From an uncultured Spirochaetales bacterium (lineage in GTDB: Bacteria > Myxococcota_A > UBA9160 > PR03), in assembly GCA_964353555.1 (NCBI GenBank), contig CAYGWM010000017.1:1-57853 (forward strand): a stretch of DNA of 57,853 nucleotides. The letters run 5' to 3'. Below, one piece after another: positions 46,496 to 56,100 of the stretch; within the stretch, counting starts at the first letter, position 1, and each line of letters begins with the position of its first letter. The position numbers were made by a program, and so were the translations under genes. The notes beneath the pieces were generated by a model, which ran no database searches, was not told where the DNA came from, and was given only the letters and a program-made list of their open reading frames with translations.

Positions 46496-47368
46496 ATGGC
46501 CACCGCCCCCGAAGCGCAAGGACGCACTGGGCGCGTGATCGTCCGAACGCTGCGCAACCGCGATCGCGAAGTGGCGCTCGCGCGTTTGCGCGGTCGCGCT
46601 CGCGATGATCTGTTCCTGCTCGATCTGGTGCGCCAGATCGGCACCAACGCGAGCGCCGATCTCCCGTCCGAGGTGCTCGGCGCGTGGCGCGGTCCAAACC
46701 TGGTCGGCGTCGCGTCGCTGCGCCCGACGCTGGTGATCGAGTCGCAAATCGAGCGGCCCGTGCTGGAGGCGCTGCTCGGACCGCTCTCCGATCTCGGCTC
46801 GGGACTCGTCCGCTCCGAGTTGAGCGCGACGGCGGCGCTGTGGGGGCGACTCGCCGGGCGTGGCCGGCGCGCGCTGGTCGATCGTCGCGAGACGTCGCTG
46901 GTGCTGGAGCGAGACGACCTGCGCGCGACCGCGCCGTCGCGCGACATCGCGATTCGCGCCGTGTCTTCCTCCGATCTCGAGCCGCTCGTCGAAGCCGCGC
47001 GCGCGAGCCTGCGCGAGGAGGGTCGCCCCGATCCTTTCATCGGCGACCCGCGCGGCTTTCGCCGTTGGGTCAGCGCGCGCTTGCCGCGCGCACTGATCGC
47101 GGAATGCGCCGGCGAGGTCGTCTGGGTCGGCTACGCCGACGTGCGCATCGAAGAGGGCTGGTTGCTCCAGGGCATCTACACCTGGCCCGCGTGGCGGCGT
47201 CGCGGCCTCGCGGCCGCGGGCGTCACGGCGCTCTGCCGCAGCGCCTTCGCGTCACGCGCCGAGCACGTGCAACTTTCCGTCGTCGAAGGCAACCTCCCCG
47301 CCCACTCCCTCTACGAATCCCTAGGCTTCCGCCCCCACACCACCCTCCGCACCCTCCTCTTCATCTAA
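46496..47368 (+). CDS. GNAT family N-acetyltransferase
   Basis: C-terminal LQGIYTWPAWRRRGLA..L.V..GNLPA..LYESLGF; start placed at ATG 46496. Confidence 0.85.
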   Translation: MATAPEAQGRTGRVIVRTLRNRDREVALARLRGRARDDLFLLDLVRQIGTNASADLPSEVLGAWRGPNLVGVASLRPTLVIESQIERPVLEALLGPLSDLGSGLVRSELSATAALWGRLAGRGRRALVDRRETSLVLERDDLRATAPSRDIAIRAVSSSDLEPLVEAARASLREEGRPDPFIGDPRGFRRWVSARLPRALIAECAGEVVWVGYADVRIEEGWLLQGIYTWPAWRRRGLAAAGVTALCRSAFASRAEHVQLSVVEGNLPAHSLYESLGFRPHTTLRTLLFI

Positions 47369-47370
47369 GA

Positions 47371-47484
47371 GGAGAAAGGGGACGGTCCTCGATCGTGCCT
47401 GGCTGTGGAGAAAGGGGACACGCCTCGCGAGGTGTGTCCCTCGAGTCCACGGTTCGGTCACGTTGAGGACCGTCCCCTTTCTCC
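47371..47484. repeat. MITE/REP-like element with perfect 20-bp terminal inverted repeats
   Basis: GGAGAAAGGGGACGGTCCTC (47371-90) and GAGGACCGTCCCCTTTCTCC (47465-84); internal partial copy at 47407 and a 26-bp near-perfect palindrome at 47415-47440. Confidence 0.85.
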
Positions 47485-47522
47485 CTAGGCTGCTTCTCTC
47501 TCGACACTAGGAGGCAGAGGGA

Positions 47523-48368
47523 ATGGGCGTTCTGGACGGGAAGGTGGCGATCGTGACGGGGTCGGGCGGCGGGATCGGACGCGAGCATGCGCTCGCGCTC
47601 TCGGCCGCGGGTGCGGCGATCGTCGTGAACGACCTCGGCGGCACGCGCGACGGCGCGGGCGCGGGCCACAACATGGCCGACACCGTGGTCGAAGAGATCC
47701 GCAAGGCGGGCGGCACGGCGGTCGCGAACTACGACAACGTCGCGACCGTCGCGGGCGGGAAGGGCATCCTCACGACCGCGGTCGACACCTTCGGTCGCGT
47801 CGACGTGCTCGTCAACAACGCCGGCATCCTGCGCGACAAGACCTTCGCGAAGATGGAAGAGAGCGAGTGGGACTCGGTCATCGCGGTCCACCTGAAGGGC
47901 GTCTATTGCGTGACGCGCCCGGTCTTCCAGCACATGCGCGAGCAGACCGGCGGCGGCTCGATCATCAATACGTCGTCTACCTCCGGTCTCGAGGGCAACT
48001 TCGGTCAGACCAACTACGGCGCGGCGAAGGCGGGCATCGCGGGCTTCACGCGCTGTCTCGCGCTCGAAGGCCAGAAGTTCGGCATCCGTGTGAACGCGAT
48101 CGCGCCGGTCGCGCTGACGCGCATGACCGAGGATCTGCCGTTCGCGCAGAACGAAGCCTTCAAGGAACGCATGCATCCCCGGCACATCGCGCCGCTGATC
48201 GTCTATCTCGCGAGTGACCTCGCGAAGGACGTCACCAAGAAGATCTTCTTCGTCGGCGGCGGTCAGATCTCCGAGATGCGCATGGTCCGCACCGAGGGCG
48301 TGACCAAGAAGAACGGCGTGTGGACGCCCGACGAGATCGCCGCGCAGATCGGCACGATTCTCGGGTGA
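47523..48368 (+). CDS. Short-chain dehydrogenase, MFE-2/3-hydroxyacyl-CoA dehydrogenase-like
   Basis: TGSGGGIG, VVNDLGG, NNAGILRD, NYGAAKAG (YxxxK). Confidence 0.93.
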   Translation: MGVLDGKVAIVTGSGGGIGREHALALSAAGAAIVVNDLGGTRDGAGAGHNMADTVVEEIRKAGGTAVANYDNVATVAGGKGILTTAVDTFGRVDVLVNNAGILRDKTFAKMEESEWDSVIAVHLKGVYCVTRPVFQHMREQTGGGSIINTSSTSGLEGNFGQTNYGAAKAGIAGFTRCLALEGQKFGIRVNAIAPVALTRMTEDLPFAQNEAFKERMHPRHIAPLIVYLASDLAKDVTKKIFFVGGGQISEMRMVRTEGVTKKNGVWTPDEIAAQIGTILG

Positions 48369-48454
48369 CGTCGAGATGACGCGTGGCCCGGTCGGCGTTG
48401 CCGGCCCGGCCGCCCGCTACGGCATCGGCAGAGTCGCTGACCTATCTTCGCCCG

Positions 48455-51031
48455 ATGCCTCCCGTCGATCTTCGCGATCCGCTGTCGGCGATGACGCCGC
48501 GCTTCAACTTCTTCTTCCGCTGGTTCGCGAAACGATTCTTCGGCGAGATCACGCTCGACGAGCCGACCGCCGTGCGGCTGCGCGCACTCGAGTCCGCCGG
48601 CAGCGTCGTCTACGTGATGCGCTACGCGAGTCGCCTCGACTACTTCCTGTTCAACTGGCTCTTCCTGCGCCACGGCTTGCGCCTCTCGACCTTCGCGAAC
48701 GGCATCCGCTTCGACTACTACCAACCGTTCTGGCAGGCGCTGCGCGGACGGCTGCGCGCGGTTCGCAACCGTCGCGGCGCGCTCTCGGGATCGGATCGCG
48801 ACCGCGTCCGCGCGCAGGTGCAACGCGGCTCGTCGCTATTCGTGTTCCTGCGCACCGAGCGGGTCGGCTCGTGGCTACTCGGGCGACGCCATGTTGCAGC
48901 GGCCGAGCGTTCCGATCTCGACATGCTCGCTGAAGCCGTCGGCGCTGCTTGGGACGGCGCGACACCAGTCGCGGTCGTTCCGATCGCGCTGTTCTGGCGG
49001 CCGGGACCGCGCAACGAGCGCCGTTTCCTTAATCTCGCCTATGGCGCCGCGACGCGGCCCTCGGACTTCGCGAAGGTCGCGTCGTTCCTCGTCAACTATC
49101 ACAACCTCGCCGTGAAGGTCGCAGACCCGATCGACCTCACCGGCTTCGTCGAGCAGCGGCGCGCCGAGGGCCAGGATGCCGTCGCCCGCAAAGTGCGTCG
49201 CTCGATCCTGGTGTTCCTATACCGCGAGGAGAAGGTGGTCGAGGGGCCGACGCTGCGCCCGCGCCACAAGGTCCAGGAGACGATCCTCGCGAGTCCGCGC
49301 GTGCGCGTCGCGATCGAGGAGCGCGCGCGCGAACGGGGTCGCTCCGCGGAAGCCGCGCGTGCCGAAGCCGAGAAGATGTTCGGCGAGATCGCGGCGAACA
49401 TGAACTCGACCTTCCTCGCGGTGCTGAACGTGATCGTCACCGCGGTGTTCCGGCGCGTCTTCGTGTCGATCGAGACCTTCGGACTCGAGAAGGTGGCCGA
49501 GTACGCCAAGCGCCATCCGATCGTATTGGTGCCGAGTCACCGCTCATACTTCGACTTCCTGCTGCTCTCGGTGCTCTTCTACGCGCACCACCTGGTGCCG
49601 CCGCATATCGCGGCACGCGAGAACATGGGCTTCGGGCCCTTCGGCTTCATCTTCCGGCGCGCCGGCGCCTTCTTCATGCGCAAGAGCTTCGACGACGCGC
49701 TCTACAAGGAAGTGTTTCGCGCCTACGTCGAGTACCTGGTGCGCGAGGGCTTCACGCAGGAGTTCTTCATCGAAGGCACCCGCTCGCGCACCGGACGCAC
49801 GATGGCGCCAAAGCGCGGCTTCCTGTCCTGGGACGTGGACGGCTTCCTCGCCTCGCAGCGCCGCGATCTGTTCCTCGTGCCGATCGCCATCACCTACGAG
49901 CGGCTGATCGAAGAGGGCTCGATGCTCGACGAACTCTCGGGCGGTGCGAAGAAGGACGAGAGCATGCTCGGCCTGGTGCGCGCGCGGAAGGTGCTGCGCC
50001 GCCGCTGGGGCAGCGCACACCTCAGCTTTGGCGAGCCGATCTCGCTGGCGGATTCGATCGGCGACCGTCGTGCCCGCTTTGCGCTCGAAGCGAGCGAAGA
50101 GGACGTCGCCGAGAAGCACCGCTTCGTCGACGATCTCGCCCAGCGCGTGGTCGAACGCATCAACGCGGCGACCTTCGCCAACGCGACGGCGGTCGGCGCC
50201 TGTGCGTTCCTCGGCGAGACGCGCCGCGGGATGCTGCGCCACGAATTCACCAGCCGGATGCAGGAACTCGTCGATCTGCTGCGGCTGCAAGACGCGCGAC
50301 TCACGCCCGCGCTGCTGCACGACCAGCCCGACTTCGACGACGCGATCGCGTTCCTGCTGCGCAGCGATCTGGTCGAGTCGAAGCCCGATCCGCGTGGCGA
50401 GATCCTCTTCTACGAGGACGACAAGCGACGCGTCCTCGATATCTATCGCAACAGCATTCTGCATTTCCTCGCCGCGCCGAGTTTTGTCGCGAGGCGGCTG
50501 CTCGCCGGCGGATCGCAGGATGCACTGCGCGAGGACCTGCGCTTCTGGCTCGACCTGTTCCACAACGAGCTGTTCACACAGCGACCGCTGATACTCGCGG
50601 CGCACTTCGAGGCCTTCCTCGACTACTTCGAGCGGCTCGAAGTGGCTGAGCGCCACGAGAGCCAATGGCGCGCCAGCGAGAAGGGCGCCGCCTATCTGCG
50701 GCGGCTCGCGATGCAGACGCGAGGGCTCATCGAGGTGTACGCGGCCGCGTTCTCGTCGGTGCTCTCCGATGCCGAACTCGGCAGCGGGAAGAACCTCACG
50801 CGTCGCGCATCGGAAGCGTTCGCGCGCTCGGTGCTGCTCGGCGAAGTCGAGGCGACCGAGGTTTCGAATCGCGCGACGTTCCAGGGCGCGCTCGACGAAT
50901 TGGTGCGCCGCCACATCCTGGTGCGCGAACGACCCGAGGGCGCACGCGAGGCCGTGTACGCGCGCGGCCCGGCATTCGACGAACTCGCGGGGCTCGTCGA
51001 ACGGCTGGCGGGTGCCGTCTCGGGCGGGTAG
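48455..51031 (+). CDS. plsB: Glycerol-3-phosphate acyltransferase PlsB-like
   Basis: PSHRSYFD (HX4D), GAFFMRKSF, FFIEGTRSRTG, VPIAITYERL.E; N-terminal region of PlsB type; start uncertain (48383/48455). Confidence 0.85.
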   Translation: MPPVDLRDPLSAMTPRFNFFFRWFAKRFFGEITLDEPTAVRLRALESAGSVVYVMRYASRLDYFLFNWLFLRHGLRLSTFANGIRFDYYQPFWQALRGRLRAVRNRRGALSGSDRDRVRAQVQRGSSLFVFLRTERVGSWLLGRRHVAAAERSDLDMLAEAVGAAWDGATPVAVVPIALFWRPGPRNERRFLNLAYGAATRPSDFAKVASFLVNYHNLAVKVADPIDLTGFVEQRRAEGQDAVARKVRRSILVFLYREEKVVEGPTLRPRHKVQETILASPRVRVAIEERARERGRSAEAARAEAEKMFGEIAANMNSTFLAVLNVIVTAVFRRVFVSIETFGLEKVAEYAKRHPIVLVPSHRSYFDFLLLSVLFYAHHLVPPHIAARENMGFGPFGFIFRRAGAFFMRKSFDDALYKEVFRAYVEYLVREGFTQEFFIEGTRSRTGRTMAPKRGFLSWDVDGFLASQRRDLFLVPIAITYERLIEEGSMLDELSGGAKKDESMLGLVRARKVLRRRWGSAHLSFGEPISLADSIGDRRARFALEASEEDVAEKHRFVDDLAQRVVERINAATFANATAVGACAFLGETRRGMLRHEFTSRMQELVDLLRLQDARLTPALLHDQPDFDDAIAFLLRSDLVESKPDPRGEILFYEDDKRRVLDIYRNSILHFLAAPSFVARRLLAGGSQDALREDLRFWLDLFHNELFTQRPLILAAHFEAFLDYFERLEVAERHESQWRASEKGAAYLRRLAMQTRGLIEVYAAAFSSVLSDAELGSGKNLTRRASEAFARSVLLGEVEATEVSNRATFQGALDELVRRHILVRERPEGAREAVYARGPAFDELAGLVERLAGAVSGG

Positions 51032-51063
51032 GTTCCGCGCCCACCCAACGCCCCGGAACCCTC

Positions 51064-51447
51064 ATGGACCCCCTCGCATCGCTCGATTTCACCAAGGGCA
51101 ACGGCCTCGTCGCCGCGATCGCCCAGGACCACGAGACGGGCGAGATCCTGATGCTCGCGCACATGAATGAAGAGTCGCTGCGCGAGACGCTGCGCCGCGG
51201 GCAGGTGGTGTACTGGAGTCGCAGCCGCGGTCTGTGGCACAAGGGCGAGCAGAGCGGGAACGTGCAGATCCTGAAGAGCCTGTCGATCGACTGCGACGGC
51301 GACGCGGTGCTGCTGAAGGTCGAGCAGGTCGGTCGCGCCGCCTGCCACACCGGCAAGCGACACTGTTTCTTCCGGCGCTGGGACGGTTCGTCCTGGGTCG
51401 ACGAAGGCGAGCAGGTCTTCGATCCCAAAGAGGTCTACGGCGGCTGA
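51064..51447 (+). CDS. hisI: Phosphoribosyl-AMP cyclohydrolase
   Basis: [44 protein letters not shown]. Confidence 0.96.
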   Translation: MDPLASLDFTKGNGLVAAIAQDHETGEILMLAHMNEESLRETLRRGQVVYWSRSRGLWHKGEQSGNVQILKSLSIDCDGDAVLLKVEQVGRAACHTGKRHCFFRRWDGSSWVDEGEQVFDPKEVYGG

Positions 51448-52331
51448 TGGCGACCGGCAAACGCGTGCTGCGACTCGGCATCCCGAAGGGCAGTCTTCAG
51501 GACACGACCGTGAAGCTGTTCGCGCACGCCGGCTATCAGATCGACGCGCCGTCGCGCTCGTACTACCCGCGCATCGACGATCCCGAGATCGAGTGCATCC
51601 TGATCCGCGCGCAGGAGATGGCGCGTTACGTCGCGCAGGGCGTGATGGACGCGGGCATCACCGGCCTCGACTGGGTGCTCGAGACGCGCGCCAGGGTGAA
51701 GGAACTCGCCGACCTGCGCGCGCCGTGGCCGAACTATCGAGAGGTACGCTGGGTGCTCGCGGTAAAGGCCGACTCGCCGCTCGAGAAGGTCGGCGATCTT
51801 TCGGGCAAGCGCATCGCGACCGAGGCCGTCGGACTCACCAAGGGCTACCTGAAGAAGCACGGCGTGAAGGCCGAGGTCGAGTTCTCGTGGGGCGCCACCG
51901 AAGTGAAGCCGCCCGTACTGGCCGACGCGATCGTCGACGTCTCCGAAACGGGTTCGAGTCTGCGCGCCAACAATCTGCGCGTGATCGACGTCGTGCTCGA
52001 GAGCACGCCGCGCTTCATCGCGAACCCCGAGTCGCTGCACGACGCGTGGAAGCTCGACAAGATGGAGCGCCTGCTGATGTTGATCCGCGGCGCGATCGCC
52101 GCGATCGACCGCGTCGGGTTGATGATGAACGTGCCGCGCAAGAACCTCGACATCGTGCTCGCGCAGCTTCCCGCACTCGGCACGCCGACGATTTCGACGC
52201 TGTCCGATGAGCGCTGGGTGGCGGTCAACACCGTGATCCAGGAGACGCTGGTGCGCGAGCTGATTCCGAAGCTGAAGGCGTGCGGCGCCGCGGGCATCGT
52301 CGAGTACCCGCTCTCCAAGATCGTCGCGTAG
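51447..52331 (+). CDS. hisG: ATP phosphoribosyltransferase, long form
   Basis: [48 protein letters not shown]; C-terminal regulatory domain. Confidence 0.96.
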   Translation: MATGKRVLRLGIPKGSLQDTTVKLFAHAGYQIDAPSRSYYPRIDDPEIECILIRAQEMARYVAQGVMDAGITGLDWVLETRARVKELADLRAPWPNYREVRWVLAVKADSPLEKVGDLSGKRIATEAVGLTKGYLKKHGVKAEVEFSWGATEVKPPVLADAIVDVSETGSSLRANNLRVIDVVLESTPRFIANPESLHDAWKLDKMERLLMLIRGAIAAIDRVGLMMNVPRKNLDIVLAQLPALGTPTISTLSDERWVAVNTVIQETLVRELIPKLKACGAAGIVEYPLSKIVA

Positions 52332-52344
52332 AGCGCCGCGCATT

Positions 52345-52899
52345 GTGAGCCGGATCTGGCGCGTCGCCGGCGTGCTGCCTGCCTACACCGAGATCATCTG
52401 GGGCGCGCTTGCGCCGCGTGCGATCGGTGGCGCGGGTCGCGCGCGCATCGCGCAAGCGGTGGTGCGATCGGAAGGCCGCGTGCTGCTCTGCTTGCGGCGC
52501 GAGCTACGCGGTTGGGAGTTGCCCGGCGGCGCGGTGCAGCCCGGCGAGCGCGACGACGACGCAGTCGTGCGCGAAGTGCGCGAGGAGACCGGAGTCGATG
52601 TCGCGCCGCTGCGTCTCGTCGGCACCTACCAGCGCAGTGGCTTTCGCGCCCACGAGGCAGTGGTCTTCGAGTGCCAGGCCGTGGGCGGCACGCTCGCGCC
52701 GAGTCGCGAAACGCCGCGTGTCGCATGGTTCGATCTCGCGGCGCTGCCCGACACGATCTTTCCCTGGTTCCGCACGCCGCTCGACGACGCACTCGCCGGC
52801 CACCCCGAGCCGGTGCACCGCAGCGAACACCAGGGCCTCGCGGCGATCGCCGCGGGCGCGCGCATCGATCTCGCGATGCGCTGGCGCGGCGAGGCGTAG
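52345..52899 (+). CDS. NUDIX hydrolase
   Basis: [12 protein letters not shown]...[11 protein letters not shown] Nudix box. Confidence 0.9.
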   Translation: MSRIWRVAGVLPAYTEIIWGALAPRAIGGAGRARIAQAVVRSEGRVLLCLRRELRGWELPGGAVQPGERDDDAVVREVREETGVDVAPLRLVGTYQRSGFRAHEAVVFECQAVGGTLAPSRETPRVAWFDLAALPDTIFPWFRTPLDDALAGHPEPVHRSEHQGLAAIAAGARIDLAMRWRGEA

Positions 52900-52912
52900 G
52901 TCTGGCGCGTCG

Positions 52913-52932
52913 GGCTCCCTCTTTGGGGAGCC
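52913..52932 (+). terminator. GC hairpin after the NUDIX gene (possible terminator)
   Basis: GGCTCCC-TCTTTG-GGGAGCC; no clear U tract follows. Confidence 0.3.
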
Positions 52933-53115
52933 GATCAACCTGTTCGCCGAGTGCAAGAAGGCGGGCCCAGACCCAGCCTACACGCGCAGCAGTTGACCCG
53001 GGCCCTCGTCACGTGAGAAGATCCGCCGCCGGTGTGGGCGGTCTCACAGCGATCCAGCCGCCTGGGTCCCATTCTGGTCGAAACCTCGAGAGGGGCTCAT
53101 CAGGGAGAGCGGAGA

Positions 53116-56100
53116 ATGCGAGTCGCCCGTTCCACGACTGCAGGCGAACGTCTCGGCCTGGTCGTCGCGCTGCTTGCGCTGCTCGCTCCTCAGCAGAGCG
53201 CCGCGAACTGCAACGTCATCCCCGGCACCACGAACACGTTCCGCGCTGCGATGGGCGAGTTGGATCGTCCCTTCGCGATGCCGGGCGACTTCCTCGAGTT
53301 GCGCGTCCGACCCGCTGTCTGCGATGCGGCGTCGGTAGGCGTCGCCGATCATGATGGCAACGCGACGATCGACGGCCGCGACGTGCTCGTGACGGTGCTC
53401 TTCGAGCCGCCGGCAGGCGGCGCAAAGAACGCCGTCATCGTGGCGCGCGACTGCGCCGCCCTCGCGTCGCAGCTCGCCAGCTGCGACGCGGCGATCTCCG
53501 GCACCGCGACCTGCGTCGAGGCGCCCGCCACCGACCTCGTCGCATTCTCCGATCCGATCACGGCACGGGTGCGCTTCCGCTTCCCCGACACCGACGCGCT
53601 CGTCGGCACGCTCGCCGACGACCGCACGCTCGCAGGACCTGCGACGATCGCGGTGACGCCGTCGAACCTGCCGCTGCCGTGCGGCGCGCTCGCCGCGGGT
53701 CGGTGTGCCGACACCGGCGGTCTCGTGGCCTGCGCTGACGAGTTGTACCCGGTCGGCACCTGCGACACCGCGAGCGCCGCCGCCGATCCGACCTTCGGCC
53801 ACTTCGTCGCACTGCCGCCGCCGAACAACTACGAGGCCGTGTGCGAGACGCCCGGAACGCCGTGCGATGGCACTGCCACCGAGGTGCGTTTCACCACCGA
53901 CGCCGCCGGCAATGCGCTGGTGCCGTGGGACTGGCGCGGCGTGCTGGTGCGTCTCGAAGACGTGCCGATCCCGCGGCTCGTGCGGATGACGACGACGCTG
54001 CCGGCCTTCACCGGCGCGCCCGATCCGGCGTCGATCCCGGGCAACACGTTCCTCTCGGCGTGGTCGCCCGAGGGACACCGGATCGCGCCGGTCTTCGATC
54101 CGCTGACCGATCCGAACGCGAGCGGCGCGACGGTGCTGTTCGGCTCGGTCGACGCGCCGCTCGGCGTCTCGCGCATCGTGCGGCGCGGCTGCCTCGGCGG
54201 ATCGGCGGAAGGCCTTGCGTGCACGAGCGACGCGCAGTGCGCTACATCGACCTGCGGCGCGCCGCTCTTCGACTTCGCGGATCGCTACGCGGGCGGCGTC
54301 GGGCCGATCGTCGTTTCGGATGCGCAGTACACGGCGGCGGCGGAGAGCCCGGTGCCCCTCGACGGGCTCGTGGAGACGCCCACCGCATTCGCCTTCTCGG
54401 TCGCCGAGGGCCTCGCGAACCAGGACCTGAATGGCGACGGAGACCAAGCGGACTACGTCGTCACGCTGCGCAACCGTGGGACTGGCGAAGTCCTCCCGAT
54501 CGGCCCCGGAGGAGCGCCGGGCCTCGCGGTCGTGCGCGCGCGTCAGGGACGGTTCGCGTTTGCTGCCGTCGAGGCGCAGGGCGGCCTGGTCGGCTTCCTC
54601 GAGTCGGAGCCCAACCAGGGCTACACGGATCTGAATGCGAACGGGAACGTGTTCGACTCGGTCCTGCGAATCTTCCGCCTGGGCCTCGGCAGCGCTGCCG
54701 AGGTGACGAACCCGTCTGCGCCGATCACGGCGGACGCTGCACCCGTCGTCGACGGACGCAGCATCGTCCAAGCGGGACCGTACTTCTTCCGGACCGTCGA
54801 GGGGGCGGAAGCCACGGCGACCACGACTCGGGTCAGCGTCAGCGGCGAGGGAGCGCAAGGGAACGGCGCGAGCGTCCTGCGCAATCGAATCGATTGGCCT
54901 GCGATCAGCGCCGACGGCAGGTTCGTCGCGTTCTCGAGCTACGCGTCGAATCTCGTGCCAGGCGATACGAACGGCGTCGCAGACATCTTCTTGCACGATC
55001 GGGCGACGGGGTCCACCACCCGTCTAAGCGTCGGGGTGAACGGCCAGCAGGTGAACGGTGACACTTTTCGCCCATCGATCTCCCCGGACGGCCGGTTCAT
55101 CGCCTTCGACAGCACGGCTAGCAATCTGGTTCCAAACGACGCGAACGGCGCGAGTGACGTCTTCGTCTACGATCGCAACACGGGAGCTACGATCCGCGTC
55201 AGCGTGGCCTCTCCCAGCGTCGGCACGCCGCCACTCGGCGGGCCTTGGGGGAACGGCTCCGCCAACGGCGACAGCTACGTTCCGTCGATCTCCGCTGATG
55301 GTCGTTTCGTCGCGTTCGAGAGCTGGGCCTCGGACCTCGTCGTCGGTGATACGAACGTCAGTTCGGACGTATTCGTTCGTGACCTCGTACTGGGGACCAT
55401 GACCAGAGTCAGCGTCGATAGCGATGGCGCGCAGGCCAACTCCCTCACCTACGCGCCCAAAATCTCCGGGGATGGTCGATTCATCGCCTTCAGGAGTGCG
55501 GCTTCGAACTTGATCCCGGATGATACGAACGGCAAGTTCGACGTGTTTCTGCACGATCGCGTGACGGGAACGACGACCTTGGTCAGCGTTGCCAAGAACG
55601 GCCAGAAAACATTCGCGGATAGCTTTGAGCCTGCCATCTCTGGTGATGGACGACTCATCTCCTTCGGTGTCGATACGAACAACCTAGTCCCTGGCGATAC
55701 AAACTCCGGTACAGATATCTTCGTCAAGGATCGGATCACCGGAGACGTCACGCGGGTCAACGTGAGCAGTTCTGGAGATCAAGCGATCTTTCCGGCTTGC
55801 GTGAGCAACCAAAGCATCTCGCTAGATGGTCGCTTCGTTGCGTTCCGCTGCGGTGCCGCGAATTTGGTGCCCGGCGATACGAATTCCAGAAGAGACATGT
55901 TCGTCCACGACCTCTCGACGGGGAACACAGTTCGAGTCAGCGTGGGCGCTAGTGGCACACAAAGCACGGTCGATGCCGTTCAATGGCCTGCCATCTCATC
56001 GGACGGTCAGACCGTGGCATTCGTCAGCGAAGCGACGGATCTCGTAGCCGGCGACACGAATGGATTCTCCGATGTCTTCGTGAGGGGGCCGAGCCTGACC

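Noticed and set aside
51064-52331. Isolated hisI-hisG as an anomaly
   Set aside because: Split his operons are common; both proteins look intact and typical
52900-53115. c-di-GMP-I or other known riboswitch upstream of the giant gene
   Set aside because: GAAA/GAGA-capped short stems are present, but the GGCAAACC...GGACGCAAAGC consensus is absent
53044-54996. 650-aa minus-strand ORF and other short ORFs in 53-57.8 kb
   Set aside because: Antisense or off-frame to the unterminated giant plus-strand gene, which has clear repeat motifs
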